The position numbers were made by a program, and so were the translations under genes. The notes under the pieces were generated by a model. The model saw nothing but the letters and a program-made list of their open reading frames with translations. It made no database searches and was not told where the DNA came from. Below are positions 52,795-64,000 of a stretch of 64,000 bases of DNA, piece after piece (within the stretch, counting starts at the first letter, position 1; each line of letters begins with the position of its first letter). Source of the stretch: Macrostomum lignano (taxonomy: Eukaryota); NCBI GenBank assembly GCA_002269645.1, contig NIVC01000103.1, positions 496,001-560,000 of the forward strand, given 5' to 3'.

Positions 52795-55488
52795 ATGTAT
52801 TTATGTGTGTACGAATATACGAGTATGTATGAACTACCCTTCGCTACTTTAGTGTGTCCTCAATTGTCCTTTGCTACTTCAGGGTGTCCTCAACTGTCCT
52901 TTGCTACTTCAGGGTGTCCTCAATTGTCCTTTGCTACTTCAGGGTGTCCTCAACTGTCCTTTGCTACTTCAGGGTGTCCTCAACTGTCCTTTGCTACTTC
53001 AGGGTGTCCTCAACTGTCCTTTGCTACTTCAGGGTGTCCTCAATTGTCCTTTGCTACTTCAGGGTGTCCTCAATTGTCCTTTGCTACTTCAGGGTGTCCT
53101 CAACTGTCCTTTGCTACTTCAGGGTGTCCTCAATTGTCCTTTGCTACTTCAGGGTGTCCTCAACTGTCCTTTGCTACTTCAGGGTGTCCTCAACTGTCCT
53201 TTGCTACTTCAGGGTGTCCTCAACTGTCCTTTGCTACTTCAGGGTGTCCTCAACTGTCCTTTGCTACTTCAGGGTGTCCTCAACTGTCCTTTGCTACTTC
53301 AGGGTGTCCTCAACTGTCCTTTGCTACTTCAGGGTGTCCTCAACTGTCCTTTGCTACTTCAGGGTGTCCTCAACTGTCCTTTGCTACTTCAGGGTGTCCT
53401 CAACTGTCCTTTGCTACTTCAGGGTGTCCTCAACTGTCCTTTGCTACTTCAGGGTGTCCTCAATTGTCCTTTGCTACTTCAGGGTGTCCTCAACTGTCCT
53501 TTGCTACTTCAGGGTGTCCTCAACTGTCCTTTGCTACTTCAGGGTGTCCTCAACTGTCCTTCGCTACTTCAGGGTGTCCTCAACTGTCCTTTGCTACTTC
53601 AGGGTGTCCTCAACTGTCCTTTGCTACTTCAGGGTGTCCTCAACTGTCCTTTGCTACTTCAGGGTGTCCTCAACTGTCCTTTGCTACTTCAGGGTGTCCT
53701 CAACTGTCCTTTGCTACTTCAGGGTGTCCTCAATTGTCCTTTGCTACTTCAGGGTGTCCTCAACTGTCCTTTGCTACTTCAGGGTGTCCTCAACTGTCCT
53801 TTGCTACTTCAGGGTGTCCTCAACTGTCCTTCGCTACTTCAGGGTGTCCTCAACTGTCCTTTGCTACTTCAGGGTGTCCTCAACTGTCCTTTGCTACTTC
53901 AGGGTGTCCTCAACTGTCCTTCGCTACTTCAGGGTGTCCTCAACTGTCCTTTGCTACTTCAGGGTGTCCTCAACTGTCCTTTGCTACTTCAGGGTGTCCT
54001 CAACTGTCCTTTGCTACTTCAGGGTGTCCTCAACTGTCCTTTGCTACTTCAGGGTGTCCTCAACTGTCCTTTGCTACTTCAGGGTGTCCTCAACTGTCCT
54101 TTGCTACTTCAGGGTGTCCTCAACTGTCCTTTGCTACTTCAGGGTGTCCTCAATTGTCCTTTGCTACTTCAGGGTGTCCTCAACTGTCCTTTGCTACTTC
54201 AGGGTGTCCTCAACTGTCCTTTGCTACTTCAGGGTGTCCTCAACTGTCCTTCGCTACTTCAGGGTGTCCTCAACTGTCCTTTGCTACTTCAGGGTGTCCT
54301 CAACTGTCCTTTGCTACTTCAGGGTGTCCTCAACTGTCCTTTGCTACTTCAGGGTGTCCTCAACTGTCCTTTGCTACTTCAGGGTGTCCTCAACTGTCCT
54401 TTGCTACTTCAGGGTGTCCTCAATTGTCCTTTGCTACTTCAGGGTGTCCTCAACTGTCCTTTGCTACTTCAGGGTGTCCTCAACTGTCCTTTGCTACTTC
54501 AGGGTGTCCTCAACTGTCCTTTGCTACTTCAGGGTGTCCTCAACTGTCCTTTGCTACTTCAGGGTGTCCTCAACTGTCCTTTGCTACTTCAGGGTGTCCT
54601 CAACTGTCCTTTGCTACTTCAGGGTGTCCTCAACTGTCCTTTGCTACTTCAGGGTGTCCTCAATTGTCCTTTGCTACTTCAGGGTGTCCTCAACTGTCCT
54701 TTGCTACTTCAGGGTGTCCTCAACTGTCCTTTGCTACTTCAGGGTGTCCTCAACTGTCCTTCGCTACTTCAGGGTGTCCTCAACTGTCCTTTGCTACTTC
54801 AGGGTGTCCTCAACTGTCCTTTGCTACTTCAGGGTGTCCTCAACTGTCCTTTGCTACTTCAGGGTGTCCTCAACTGTCCTTTGCTACTTCAGGGTGTCCT
54901 CAACTGTCCTTTGCTACTTCAGGGTGTCCTCAATTGTCCTTTGCTACTTCAGGGTGTCCTCAACTGTCCTTTGCTACTTCAGGGTGTCCTCAACTGTCCT
55001 TTGCTACTTCAGGGTGTCCTCAACTGTCCTTCGCTACTTCAGGGTGTCCTCAACTGTCCTTTGCTACTTCAGGGTGTCCTCAACTGTCCTTTGCTACTTC
55101 AGGGTGTCCTCAACTGTCCTTCGCTACTTCAGGGTGTCCTCAACTGTCCTTTGCTACTTCAGGGTGTCCTCAACTGTCCTTCGCTACTTCAGGGTGTCCT
55201 CAACTGTCCTTTGCTACTTCAGGGTGTCAACTGTCCTTCGCTACTTCAGGGTGTCCTCAACTGTCCTTTGCTACTTCAGGGTGTCCTCAACTGTCCTTTG
55301 CTACTTCAGGGTGTCCTCAACTGTCCTTCGCTACTTCAGGGTGTCCTCAACTGTCCTTCGCTACTTCAGGGTGTCCTCAACTGTCCTTTGCTACTTCAGG
55401 GTGTCCTCAACTGTCCTTTGCTACTTCAGGGTGTCCTCAACTGTCCTTTGCTACTTCAGTAGACCACCGCAGTCCCACTTTGTCCTGA
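52795..55488 (+). CDS. Hypothetical repetitive protein (CPQLSFATSG)~87, 897 aa; may be non-coding
   Basis: ATG at 52795, TGA ending 55488; array variants are silent or frame-preserving in this frame; TATAAATA at 52669; AATAAA at 55603. Confidence 0.3.
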   Translation: MYLCVYEYTSMYELPFATLVCPQLSFATSGCPQLSFATSGCPQLSFATSGCPQLSFATSGCPQLSFATSGCPQLSFATSGCPQLSFATSGCPQLSFATSGCPQLSFATSGCPQLSFATSGCPQLSFATSGCPQLSFATSGCPQLSFATSGCPQLSFATSGCPQLSFATSGCPQLSFATSGCPQLSFATSGCPQLSFATSGCPQLSFATSGCPQLSFATSGCPQLSFATSGCPQLSFATSGCPQLSFATSGCPQLSFATSGCPQLSFATSGCPQLSFATSGCPQLSFATSGCPQLSFATSGCPQLSFATSGCPQLSFATSGCPQLSFATSGCPQLSFATSGCPQLSFATSGCPQLSFATSGCPQLSFATSGCPQLSFATSGCPQLSFATSGCPQLSFATSGCPQLSFATSGCPQLSFATSGCPQLSFATSGCPQLSFATSGCPQLSFATSGCPQLSFATSGCPQLSFATSGCPQLSFATSGCPQLSFATSGCPQLSFATSGCPQLSFATSGCPQLSFATSGCPQLSFATSGCPQLSFATSGCPQLSFATSGCPQLSFATSGCPQLSFATSGCPQLSFATSGCPQLSFATSGCPQLSFATSGCPQLSFATSGCPQLSFATSGCPQLSFATSGCPQLSFATSGCPQLSFATSGCPQLSFATSGCPQLSFATSGCPQLSFATSGCPQLSFATSGCPQLSFATSGCPQLSFATSGCPQLSFATSGCPQLSFATSGCPQLSFATSGCPQLSFATSGCPQLSFATSGCPQLSFATSGCPQLSFATSGCPQLSFATSGCPQLSFATSGCPQLSFATSGCQLSFATSGCPQLSFATSGCPQLSFATSGCPQLSFATSGCPQLSFATSGCPQLSFATSGCPQLSFATSGCPQLSFATSVDHRSPTLS
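52838..55458. repeat. Near-perfect 30-bp tandem array, ~87 copies
   Basis: Unit CAACTGTCCTTTGCTACTTCAGGGTGTCCT; only two recurrent substitutions and one 3-bp deletion. Confidence 0.99.
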
Positions 55489-55799
55489 TGATTCAGCATT
55501 CAGTGCAAAGGCAGACGGTATGCTGTTTAATTAAAGCATCAACGGCGCGGCTCAGAAAGACAGAGATCAGAGAGACAGATTTGTGGTGAAAATGGCTAGA
55601 TAAATAAAAGATAACAAGACTCACATGTGGTGCATCGTCACTTTCTAATAGTAGAATCTATAGAAACCAGAGAAAATCTATTTCGGAATAGATTTGGCTC
55701 TGAGTGAAGCATAAATTAAATTCCTATATACAACAAGATATATAGCGCAGCAGCTAACGTATAATAGTACAATAACGGAAAAGTACGCAATATGTAGTG

Positions 55800-56028
<229 letters not shown>

Positions 56029-56759
56029 TGGATTGGTTAGATAAAGAAAAGCAATACCATTTATCGAAAGCGACCCAGGAAGAAACTGGAAGCCTCCCAA
56101 AAGGAGACCTTTAATAATGGAAGCACAGTGAATGCGCTGTGACCACTAGAGTGGCTGTTGATGCAGACGGTGGGAAAAGGAAAAATGACCCGCAAAGAAG
56201 TCAGGTCACCTTTCTTGTCTAGAAGGCCCTTGTAGACAGACCCAGTTCCTTGATATAGGGCATATATGTTATTAATAATGTTAGTAACTTTACTTACTAT
56301 TTAGCTAAACTGCACATCGAATTGTTACAATTACTACAAAGCCGCTACTTTTACTGTGAAAGCTCCGACAAGGCGTAAAGGTAATGGACGAGCCGTCAAA
56401 GCGACTACGATACTGTTGGAGGGAAAGAATGGGCCACAGCGCAATAATTCTGTCTTCGCAATGCTGAGATTTGATTTGTTTTTTTCTCTAATATAACTTG
56501 CCCAGGGACTTCGTACATTGCTACAGTCATGGTTTTTTATACAAGTACTTTTTTATTGCGGAAATTCGGACAATATTTGGCATAAAAGTCTTTCTTAACA
56601 TAACGTGCTACTAACAGTAGGTTCATGAGTCTATACTGGTTTTACTATTCAATAGACATTTTCGGCCAATGATTAGTACAACTTGCAATTTAAGTATCGA
56701 AATTGCTTTCATTCAAGTTTAAATATCGGATTATTAGGGGCCTAATTACACTCGGTGCG

Positions 56760-58440
56760 ATTCCCACAGGAGGGTTTCCCGCAGGAGTATTTACCGCAGG
56801 AGTATTTACCGCAGGAGTATTTACCGCAGGAGTATTTACCGCAGGAGCATTTACCGCAGGAGTATTTACCGCAGGAGTATTTCTTGCAGGAGGGTTTCCC
56901 GCAGGAGTATTTACCGCAGGAGTATTTCTTGCAGGAGGGTTTCCCGCAGGAGTATTTACCGCAGGAGTATTTACCGCAGGAGGGTTTCCCGCAGGAGTAT
57001 TTACCGCAGGAGTATTTACCGCAAGAGTATTTACCGCAGGAGTATTTACCGCAGGAGTATTTACCGCAGGAGTATTTCTTGCAGGAGGGTTTCCCGCAGG
57101 AGTATTTACCGCAGGAGTATTTACCGTAGGAGTATTTACCGCAGGAGTATTTCTTGCAGGAGGGTTTCCCGCAGGAGTATTTACCGCAGGAGTATTTACC
57201 GCAGGAGTATTTACCGCAGGAGTATTTACCGCAGGAGTATTTCTTGCAGGAGGGTTTCCCACAGGAGTATTTACCGCAGGAGTATTTACCGTAGGAGTAT
57301 TTACCGCAGGAGTATTTACCGCAGGAGTATTTACCGCAGGAGTATTTACCGCAGGAGTATTTACCACAGGAGGGTTTCCCGCAGGAGGGTTTCCCGCAGG
57401 AGTATTTACCGCAGGAGGGTTTCCCGCAGGAGTATTTACCGCAGGAGTATTTACCACAGGAGGGTTTTCCGCAGGAGGGTTTCCCGCAGGAGGGTTTCCC
57501 ACAGGAGTATTTACCGCAGGAGGGTTTCCCGCAGGAGTATTTACCACAGGAGGGTTTTCCGCAGGAGTATTTACCACAGGAGGGTTTTCCGCAGGATGGT
57601 TTCCCGCAGGAGGGTTTCCCACAGGAGTATTTACCGCAGGAGTACTTACCACAGGAGGGTTTTCCGCAGGAGGGTTTCCCGCAGGAGTATTTACCGCAGG
57701 AGGGTTTCCCGCAGGAGGGTTTCCCGCAGGAGTATTTACCGCAGGAGGGTTTCCTGGAGGAGTATTTAACGCAGGAGGGTTTCCCGCAGGAGGGTTTCCC
57801 GCAGGAGTATTTACCGCAGGAGGGTTTCCTGGAGGAGTATTTAACGCAGGAGGGTTTCCCGCAGGAGGGTTTCCCGCAGGAGAGTTTCCCGCAGGAGAGT
57901 TTCCCGCAGGAGGGTTTCCCGCAGGAGGGTTTCCCACAGGAGGGTTTCCCGCAGGAGTATTTACCGCAGGAGGGTTTCCTGGAGGAGTATTTAACGCAGG
58001 AGAGTTTCCCGCCGGAGGGTTTCCCGCAGGAGAGTTTCCCGCAGGAGGGTTTCCCGCAGGAGTATTTACCGCAGGAGGGTTTCCTGGAGGAGTATTTAAC
58101 GCAGGAGAGTTTCCCGCCGGAGGGTTTCGCGCAGGAGAGTTTCCCGCAGGAGGGTTTCCCGCAGGAGTATTTACCGCAGGAGGGTTTCCTGGAGGAGTAT
58201 TTAACGCAGGAGAGTTTCCCGCCGGAGGGTTTCCCGCAGGAGAGTTTCCCGCAGGATGGTTTCCCGCAGGAGGGTTTCCCACAGGAGTATTTACCGCAGG
58301 AGTATTTACCACAGGAGGGTTTCCCGCAGGAGGGTTTCCCGCAGGAGTATTTACCGCAGGAGGGTGTGCCGCAGGAGGGTTTCCCACAGGAGTATTTACC
58401 GCAGGAGGGTGTCCCGCAGGAGGGTTTCCCAAAAGAGGGT
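56760..58440. repeat. 15-bp minisatellite, ~110 copies, two main variants
   Basis: GCAGGAGTATTTACC and GCAGGAGGGTTTCCC, with a left-to-right compositional gradient. Confidence 0.98.
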
Positions 58441-59480
58441 TTCTGGAAAGAGGAGAGAGTATCGCATGATATATTGCAGGAGGGTTGCCCACAAGTAAAT
58501 CTAGCGCCTTTGAGTCCATTGGTGCCCTTCAAGTTTTCTCTTGCTTCGTGGCCGAGAATCATAATGAGATTTAATGTACATGTACATACATACTCGTAAG
58601 TGCTAGTATCTATAACTTATCTTCGCGTATAAAAAAATCCTAGAAGCTGTAGTAGTGTAACAGCTACGGAGTTTTGGCCCTGGGCCCTAGAACTCAGACT
58701 AAGAATCCCTGATGTGCATATTACCAAATCTTGACAGCGAAATGTCGTAGGAAAAACTGGCGGTGGAAAACCTCTCGGGAGGAATCCCGGTGATTAGGCC
58801 ATTTATTGGGGAATATTCTAGCTATCTTCGCAAGAGATTTTCCTTGGGCGATTTTGAAAGCTTACCAGTTGTCGGGAAGCGGGACGACTTGTCTGTATGG
58901 AAGTGGGCGATTCTCTGAAGAGATTCTACGAGTAAAACTGGAAGATTCTCATTCAATTGGTTCTAGAGGTAGGGAAACTTTCAGCAGCAATTATGGGGTC
59001 GATTCTCGGGAGCGATTTTGCAAAAGGTGCGACTGTTCTGCAAGGAAGTAGTTAAAATGCTTTAAATCCTACAGGACCTCAGGTAAGCAAGACTATAAAA
59101 GCAAACGAACACGCAATAGCAATCTATATACTTTGCAAAGTTTGAGAACTCACAATTACTCAAGACAGTTCTACACGTTGAAAAGTTGGCAACTAGCCAA
59201 ATATAAAAGCTTTAATTTCTAGACAACCATTGGCTATACGAGCTGTCGTGATATTTGGAAACGATGCCAAACTGATTTTCATTGGATGGACGCTGACAAT
59301 GTATTGGTTGCGTCGAATGTCCAGACTATCCGATTACAATGTAATGATGGTTGAGGTTATCTCAATGGTTGAGGTTATGGTTGATGGTTGAGTTTTTCCT
59401 ACTTTATGATAAATTTCCAATACTGCTTGCGTGTAACTGATTGCTTTGTACTCATACTTAAGAGTATAACCCCCTTTTCA

Positions 59481-59597
59481 GGTCGGATAGCTCAGTGGTA
59501 AGGCGTCCTGAGCCCCAAAATAATGCGACTGCAGTTGGAATCGAGCCTGGGCCGCTGGCACTTCAGCGCGCCGCGCTAGGCACTGGGCTACGGGGTC
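59481..59597. mobile_element. Two convergent tRNA-derived fragments (SINE heads)
   Basis: Plus strand GGATAGCTCAGTGGTAAGGCG (A box); minus strand 59522-59597 is homologous to 7635-7708. Confidence 0.65.
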
Positions 59598-62279
59598 TTT
59601 GAGCTCCCACGAAAGATAATCCTCCTTGGCGGAATGTGTACATGCCTGATGATCGTAAAATCAGGGTCGATGTCACGCTCATACAACCATGCAGTGTAGT
59701 ATTTCGTGTCCCTGATTCGCAGCAGAGCTCGGCGAGCTCATTAAAAACTGTTGTTGTCTAATTTCAAACTCCAGATTTCAATTCAAATCAGGGGCTGCTT
59801 ATTTAGAGTTACCAAAATATAGGTGAAAAGTGAACTCCGATTTTCTCCGGTGGTCCAATGAATCGAATCGGAGGGGACCTTCAACAGGGTGTTAAAAAGG
59901 TTAAGCGTGGAAAGTGCCACCTTTTAGTTCTTTTTATAAATGTTAAATAAACGCTGGACTTGCGCACTATCCGTTAGAGGTTTAATATCCGTTTATCAAC
60001 ACAGCTGATAGTGTTCTCCCTGCCCCTCTGCACACTGAAGTGGCTGGCAAACTGAAAGTCACGAATTGTCAGCCTAAACTTCATTGACTGCTGCTGCGGC
60101 TCAAACTTTCATGGCCATACTCGAACAGCCACGAGTCCTACATGAGGAAAGTTCTTTTTCCACACGCGCTCGGAGCACTCGTGTTTGAACTGCGGCTCAA
60201 TTTTTGGCTCCCTGCCAAGTCTTCTTGTATCCGATTTCGTGGTTCTCCTTCTTTCTCTCGTCTCGCCCTGCAGTTCTCCCCCTTTTCTCGGCTTTAATTC
60301 CATCTTCCCCTAGGGGGGGGGGGGAGAGGCGAAGCGGAGGATGGAGCTGGGATTAAAAGAGGGACGGAGCTCAGAGATTGGGGATTTCCCGCAGGGTGGA
60401 GCAGCTGAAATTGGCGTCAGTTTCCATCTGGTCTGCTTCAAAGGACACGCGTCGGCGACATGCCATCACAGGCTGGGCATATGTAGCCACTAAGTGGTAC
60501 TAAATCTAAGTACTTCTTAAAAACCCTTAAAATCTAAATGTCACGAGAAAAATGTTGAACACGATAGTACAATTCATGCGTGCGTGGGTGAAAGAGAGAG
60601 AGAGAGAGAGTGAGCATCAGAGGAAATGAGAATGGCGAACAGTGCTCAAGTCTGTACTAAAAATAGATGCCTCGCCAGATCCTTTCTCTGTCCTTCGAAA
60701 AGATTGGGAGGAGGGAGGGATAGAGTGACAGAGACATCTCCCAGATCCACTCAAGGAAGTACACAAAGCCCAGCTAATTATCCCTAGTGATATTGCAGAG
60801 TCGGGATGGAGTAGATCTGTTAACATTAGTCTAATCCCACCATAGCCAGGCTGAATTCTAGGGATCTCAAAAGACTGCACACCTATAAGAAAACCTAAAC
60901 TGCAGAAAGAAGTTGACAATATTTTCTATAATTTTTTTCAATGCCTTGTCTAGCATCTGAATTTTCTTTCTGGCATTATGCAATATATGCAATATCTTCA
61001 AGCATAGAAAAGTGTATATTATAAATCTTTGGTCATGATCTATAATTAGCAAGTGGATAAATTAAGAAAAACAATTCATATAGGGTATATACTACTATTA
61101 CAATTCTTATCATTCAGTTTTGTTTTTGAAAATAATTGATCTACCACTGGAAAGGATTTTAAATATAGAAGAATAGACAAATTATTTTTGTAAAATTCTT
61201 TATACAATTACCATTTATGCATGAACTGCATTCCAGTTTTTAAAGAAAATTCTACAAATATGCTTGTAGCAATATGCTTAAACACCAATTTTTATTCTAT
61301 GTAATCAGATATACCAGGTATATTCATCTTGTTGAATTCTTCCTAATCATACTGGACTAGCTGCAATTCAATTTAATTCACCAGAGTCTGGCCAGAAGTT
61401 TTTTTAAAACACAATAATAATTAATTTAATACAAATTCTATGATGACTAATTACAAAGTATTTTTGTCTCTAAAGACAAAAAATATAACAAAAATATTGT
61501 GTTAAATAATAACTAATTAAGTATAATAATATTAATAATATTTAATAAATAAATATTAAGTAATATTACAAAAAAACAATACTACAAAAATATAATATTT
61601 ATTATTTAACATATAGTTTTATTTGGCTTTGCCCCCTTTATTAGAAAGAAAACAAAAATGTTATTGAACAAAAATTGAATTTACTTAAAGATACTTTAAA
61701 GATCATAAGTACTAAAATTTGAAATAAACACAAACAAAACTGTTAAAATGCTTACCTAAACTTAAATCATTCACTCTTTATCACATTCACAATATTATGC
61801 ATAAGTATTGTTATGGTTGACAGCTTGATTACTAGACTACTGCATAAGTATCGCAAAAACGGAATTTAATAAAGACATGACTTTATTCAATCACTAAACG
61901 ATTTTTTCTTCTAGATTCGATTTGCAAATCTTATTTAGTGCGTGACTATTAATATCACTTTCTGGCACTACCACTTTCTGTATCAAACACGTGGTAGGTG
62001 TCAGCGAGGCCAGTCAAAGTAATAGAAATTTAAATTCACACGAAACGACGGTTACCATTGTAGCGTTGCTAGGATTTTTTATCTAGGACAGGAAAGAATT
62101 TTTAAACCAAATAGGAACTTTGAACCATAAATGTCAAATCTAAGAGCTTCGACTTTTTATGAAAATTGTTATACCGTTATAATATCTAAATATTCATTCT
62201 AACACACAAACAGTACATGTACATACATAGCGTTAACGTATAATATGTTCTGCTTTTAATATAATATTTAATACTAATA

Positions 62280-62590
62280 ATTGATTACACCTGACCCAAA
62301 TTGGACCAGACGTGCAACCGACAGCTCAGCCGCAGCTATTGCGCGTGCATCTGAAGGCAACGGCTGTTCTCTCGCCATGCAGGATTGCAGGTTCCGTCGC
62401 CATGCACTAAGCTGCTGCACACAGCCTTATACCCCAGCTAAATGCTGGTTTGCCCATTTTACAGCTAGGTGAACTGAACTAATGCAGAGTTAAGTGTCTT
62501 GCTCAAGGACAAAAACGGTGTTCCAGTGGGATCGGGAATCGATCCCCGGCGGACCTTTCAGTTCGACGCTCTAACCCATGCACTGTCATG
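62280..62590 (-). mobile_element. tRNA-derived SINE with a CORE(MIR)-like domain
   Basis: Minus strand: GGGTTAGAGCG...GGGGATCGATTCCC (A/B boxes), then GTCCTTGAGCAAGACACTTAAC and CTGTAAAATGGG; the 5' head is well supported, the 3' boundary is approximate. Confidence 0.7.
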
Positions 62591-62955
62591 TAGATACATG
62601 TACATGTAGTAGGATACAACCCCCATACTTAGCTTTTAATTAAGTATAGCTAACCTGGATTTCAAGCGACATCGAGAATAAAATTAAGTTGTTATCACTC
62701 GAAATATCTATAGTGATACATGTATGTTATATGTACAGTATATGCTTTATAATTTGATTTTTAAAGCCCCATACACATAAATCTAAGTAAAAGTATACGT
62801 GTCATGCATGCATTTATTCTACGTCAGACTTGATTTTTTATTTTAGATGTATGTGGACAGCTAGGTTAATTGCTCCTACGTGTATGTCCCTTCTAATATA
62901 ATTTCTTGCAAAATTATATGCCTTAAGATAAAAACTTGTAGCATCATCGGCTAAA

Positions 62956-62961
62956 TTTATT
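62956..62961 (-). terminator. Candidate poly(A) signal of the hydrolase gene
   Basis: AATAAA on the minus strand ~130 nt after the stop. Confidence 0.45.
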
Positions 62962-63089
62962 GGCTTAAATAGGGGCACAATTGGCTCATAGCTCTGCTGT
63001 TTGAGCACGTCGTTAAAATCGGAAATGATCAAGTGCAATTAAGTTAGTTCAATTAAAAATTGTTTGAGCTGTCAGTCTCAGATACGGCA

Positions 63090-63563
63090 TTAATTACGGC
63101 GTGTTCTCTCCAGAATGAACTCAGCCGTGTCCTGATTGGCCTCCTGGACCTTAGCCAGAGTGTCCGGCTTCTCCCGATCGGATCGCTTGGTGCAGAACCC
63201 GTGCTGTACCCCAATGAATCTTTTGTGCAGACACCTGGCCGCCAGCTCCTTGTCAGGAATGCCGTCCAAAAATTCGGCCATCTCCGGATCGTTCTCGGCT
63301 GGGAATAGCGCAATCGGTGCCCGAATCTTGGCGATGTCTTCGGCCGATTGGCGCGACGGGTGCAGGCCGACGCCGCATGCGAACGGGTTGGAGGAGTCGG
63401 CCAAGGTGAGGGCCACCACCCAGCCGCCCCAGCAGAAGCCAATGATGGCCACCGGGCAGTCATCGCCGAGCTGCTGGCGCATGTACGGAATTACCGTGTC
63501 GAACGTGTCGCGTATCGCTTTGCCAGCGTCGGCTACTTCGCCGATCCATTTGAAGAATTCAGC
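63090..63563 (-). CDS. Dienelactone hydrolase family (CMBL/AIM2-like) alpha/beta hydrolase, last exon
   Basis: ttttcatcag|GCT; nucleophile elbow IIGFCWGG, HPS, AEND (Asp), HGF (His); TAA at 63090. Confidence 0.9.
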   Translation of the reverse strand, partial: AEFFKWIGEVADAGKAIRDTFDTVIPYMRQQLGDDCPVAIIGFCWGGWVVALTLADSSNPFACGVGLHPSRQSAEDIAKIRAPIALFPAENDPEMAEFLDGIPDKELAARCLHKRFIGVQHGFCTKRSDREKPDTLAKVQEANQDTAEFILERTRRN

Positions 63564-64000
63564 CTGATGAAAATAGTGCAGTTATTTTGTGGTAAAGAGC
63601 ATGTACTTACTTCAATCATCGGATTAGATTTTTAACTCGTTCGACTGATAATTTATGTTGTTGAAAAAAGGGAACTACGAGCTAACATGTAGTTTTGGCG
63701 ATTAACGAAATGAGATTTCAGTAAGTGAGTATAAGGCTAATGCGGCTTTGCTTGGTCGGGTCTCTGGACAGTACACCGCAGCTTAGGGCGTCAGTCGACC
63801 TGCACTTAGACAGCGGGACGACAAACAGTTAGTAGCCTAAATGTAGATAGAGGCAGGTGTGCATGTATGCACCAACCATGGTGTACTTTAAGCGACATTG
63901 TCATACAACCGGCAAGAGGCATGTGCATTACTGCCCATTCCGCCCACTCGGCCGTGAGCAGGTATACAAGCGCGCGGATACGTGACACACACGGGGGTGT

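Noticed and set aside
59880-59904. piggyBac-like end (…GTGTTAAAAAGGTTAA)
   Set aside because: No matching opposite TIR found in the window

Overview
Eukaryotic (animal) genomic DNA with GT-AG introns, GC-rich and poly-Q/His/Ala-rich exons, and a very high density of minisatellites. The style suggests a free-living flatworm such as Macrostomum; this is inference only. I reconstructed five spliced protein-coding genes by hand, all on the minus strand, with splice phases checked: (1) an AGC-family Ser/Thr kinase (4 exons, ~449 aa); (2) an ARID1/Osa SWI/SNF subunit (4 exons, ~1289 aa); (3) a calmodulin-like 4-EF-hand protein (143 aa, plus a candidate 54-aa cassette exon); (4) a DYRK1/minibrain kinase with two phase-compatible alternative 5' coding exons; (5) the 3' part of a dienelactone-hydrolase-family gene. 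There are about 17 distinct tandem arrays, two TIR elements, tRNA-derived SINE fragments and an RTE-like LINE remnant. Most interesting signals: an 87-copy 30-bp array whose variants are silent or frame-preserving in just one reading frame and which is bracketed by TATA, ATG, stop and AATAAA (a possible repetitive-protein gene); three DYRK1 intronic arrays built from transcription-factor consensus sites (AP-1, CCAAT plus GC box, TAATCC); an apparently catalytic-only AGC kinase with an acidic hydrophobic motif; and intronic arrays sitting next to splice sites. No database searches could be run. Repeat boundaries and copy numbers are approximate hand counts.
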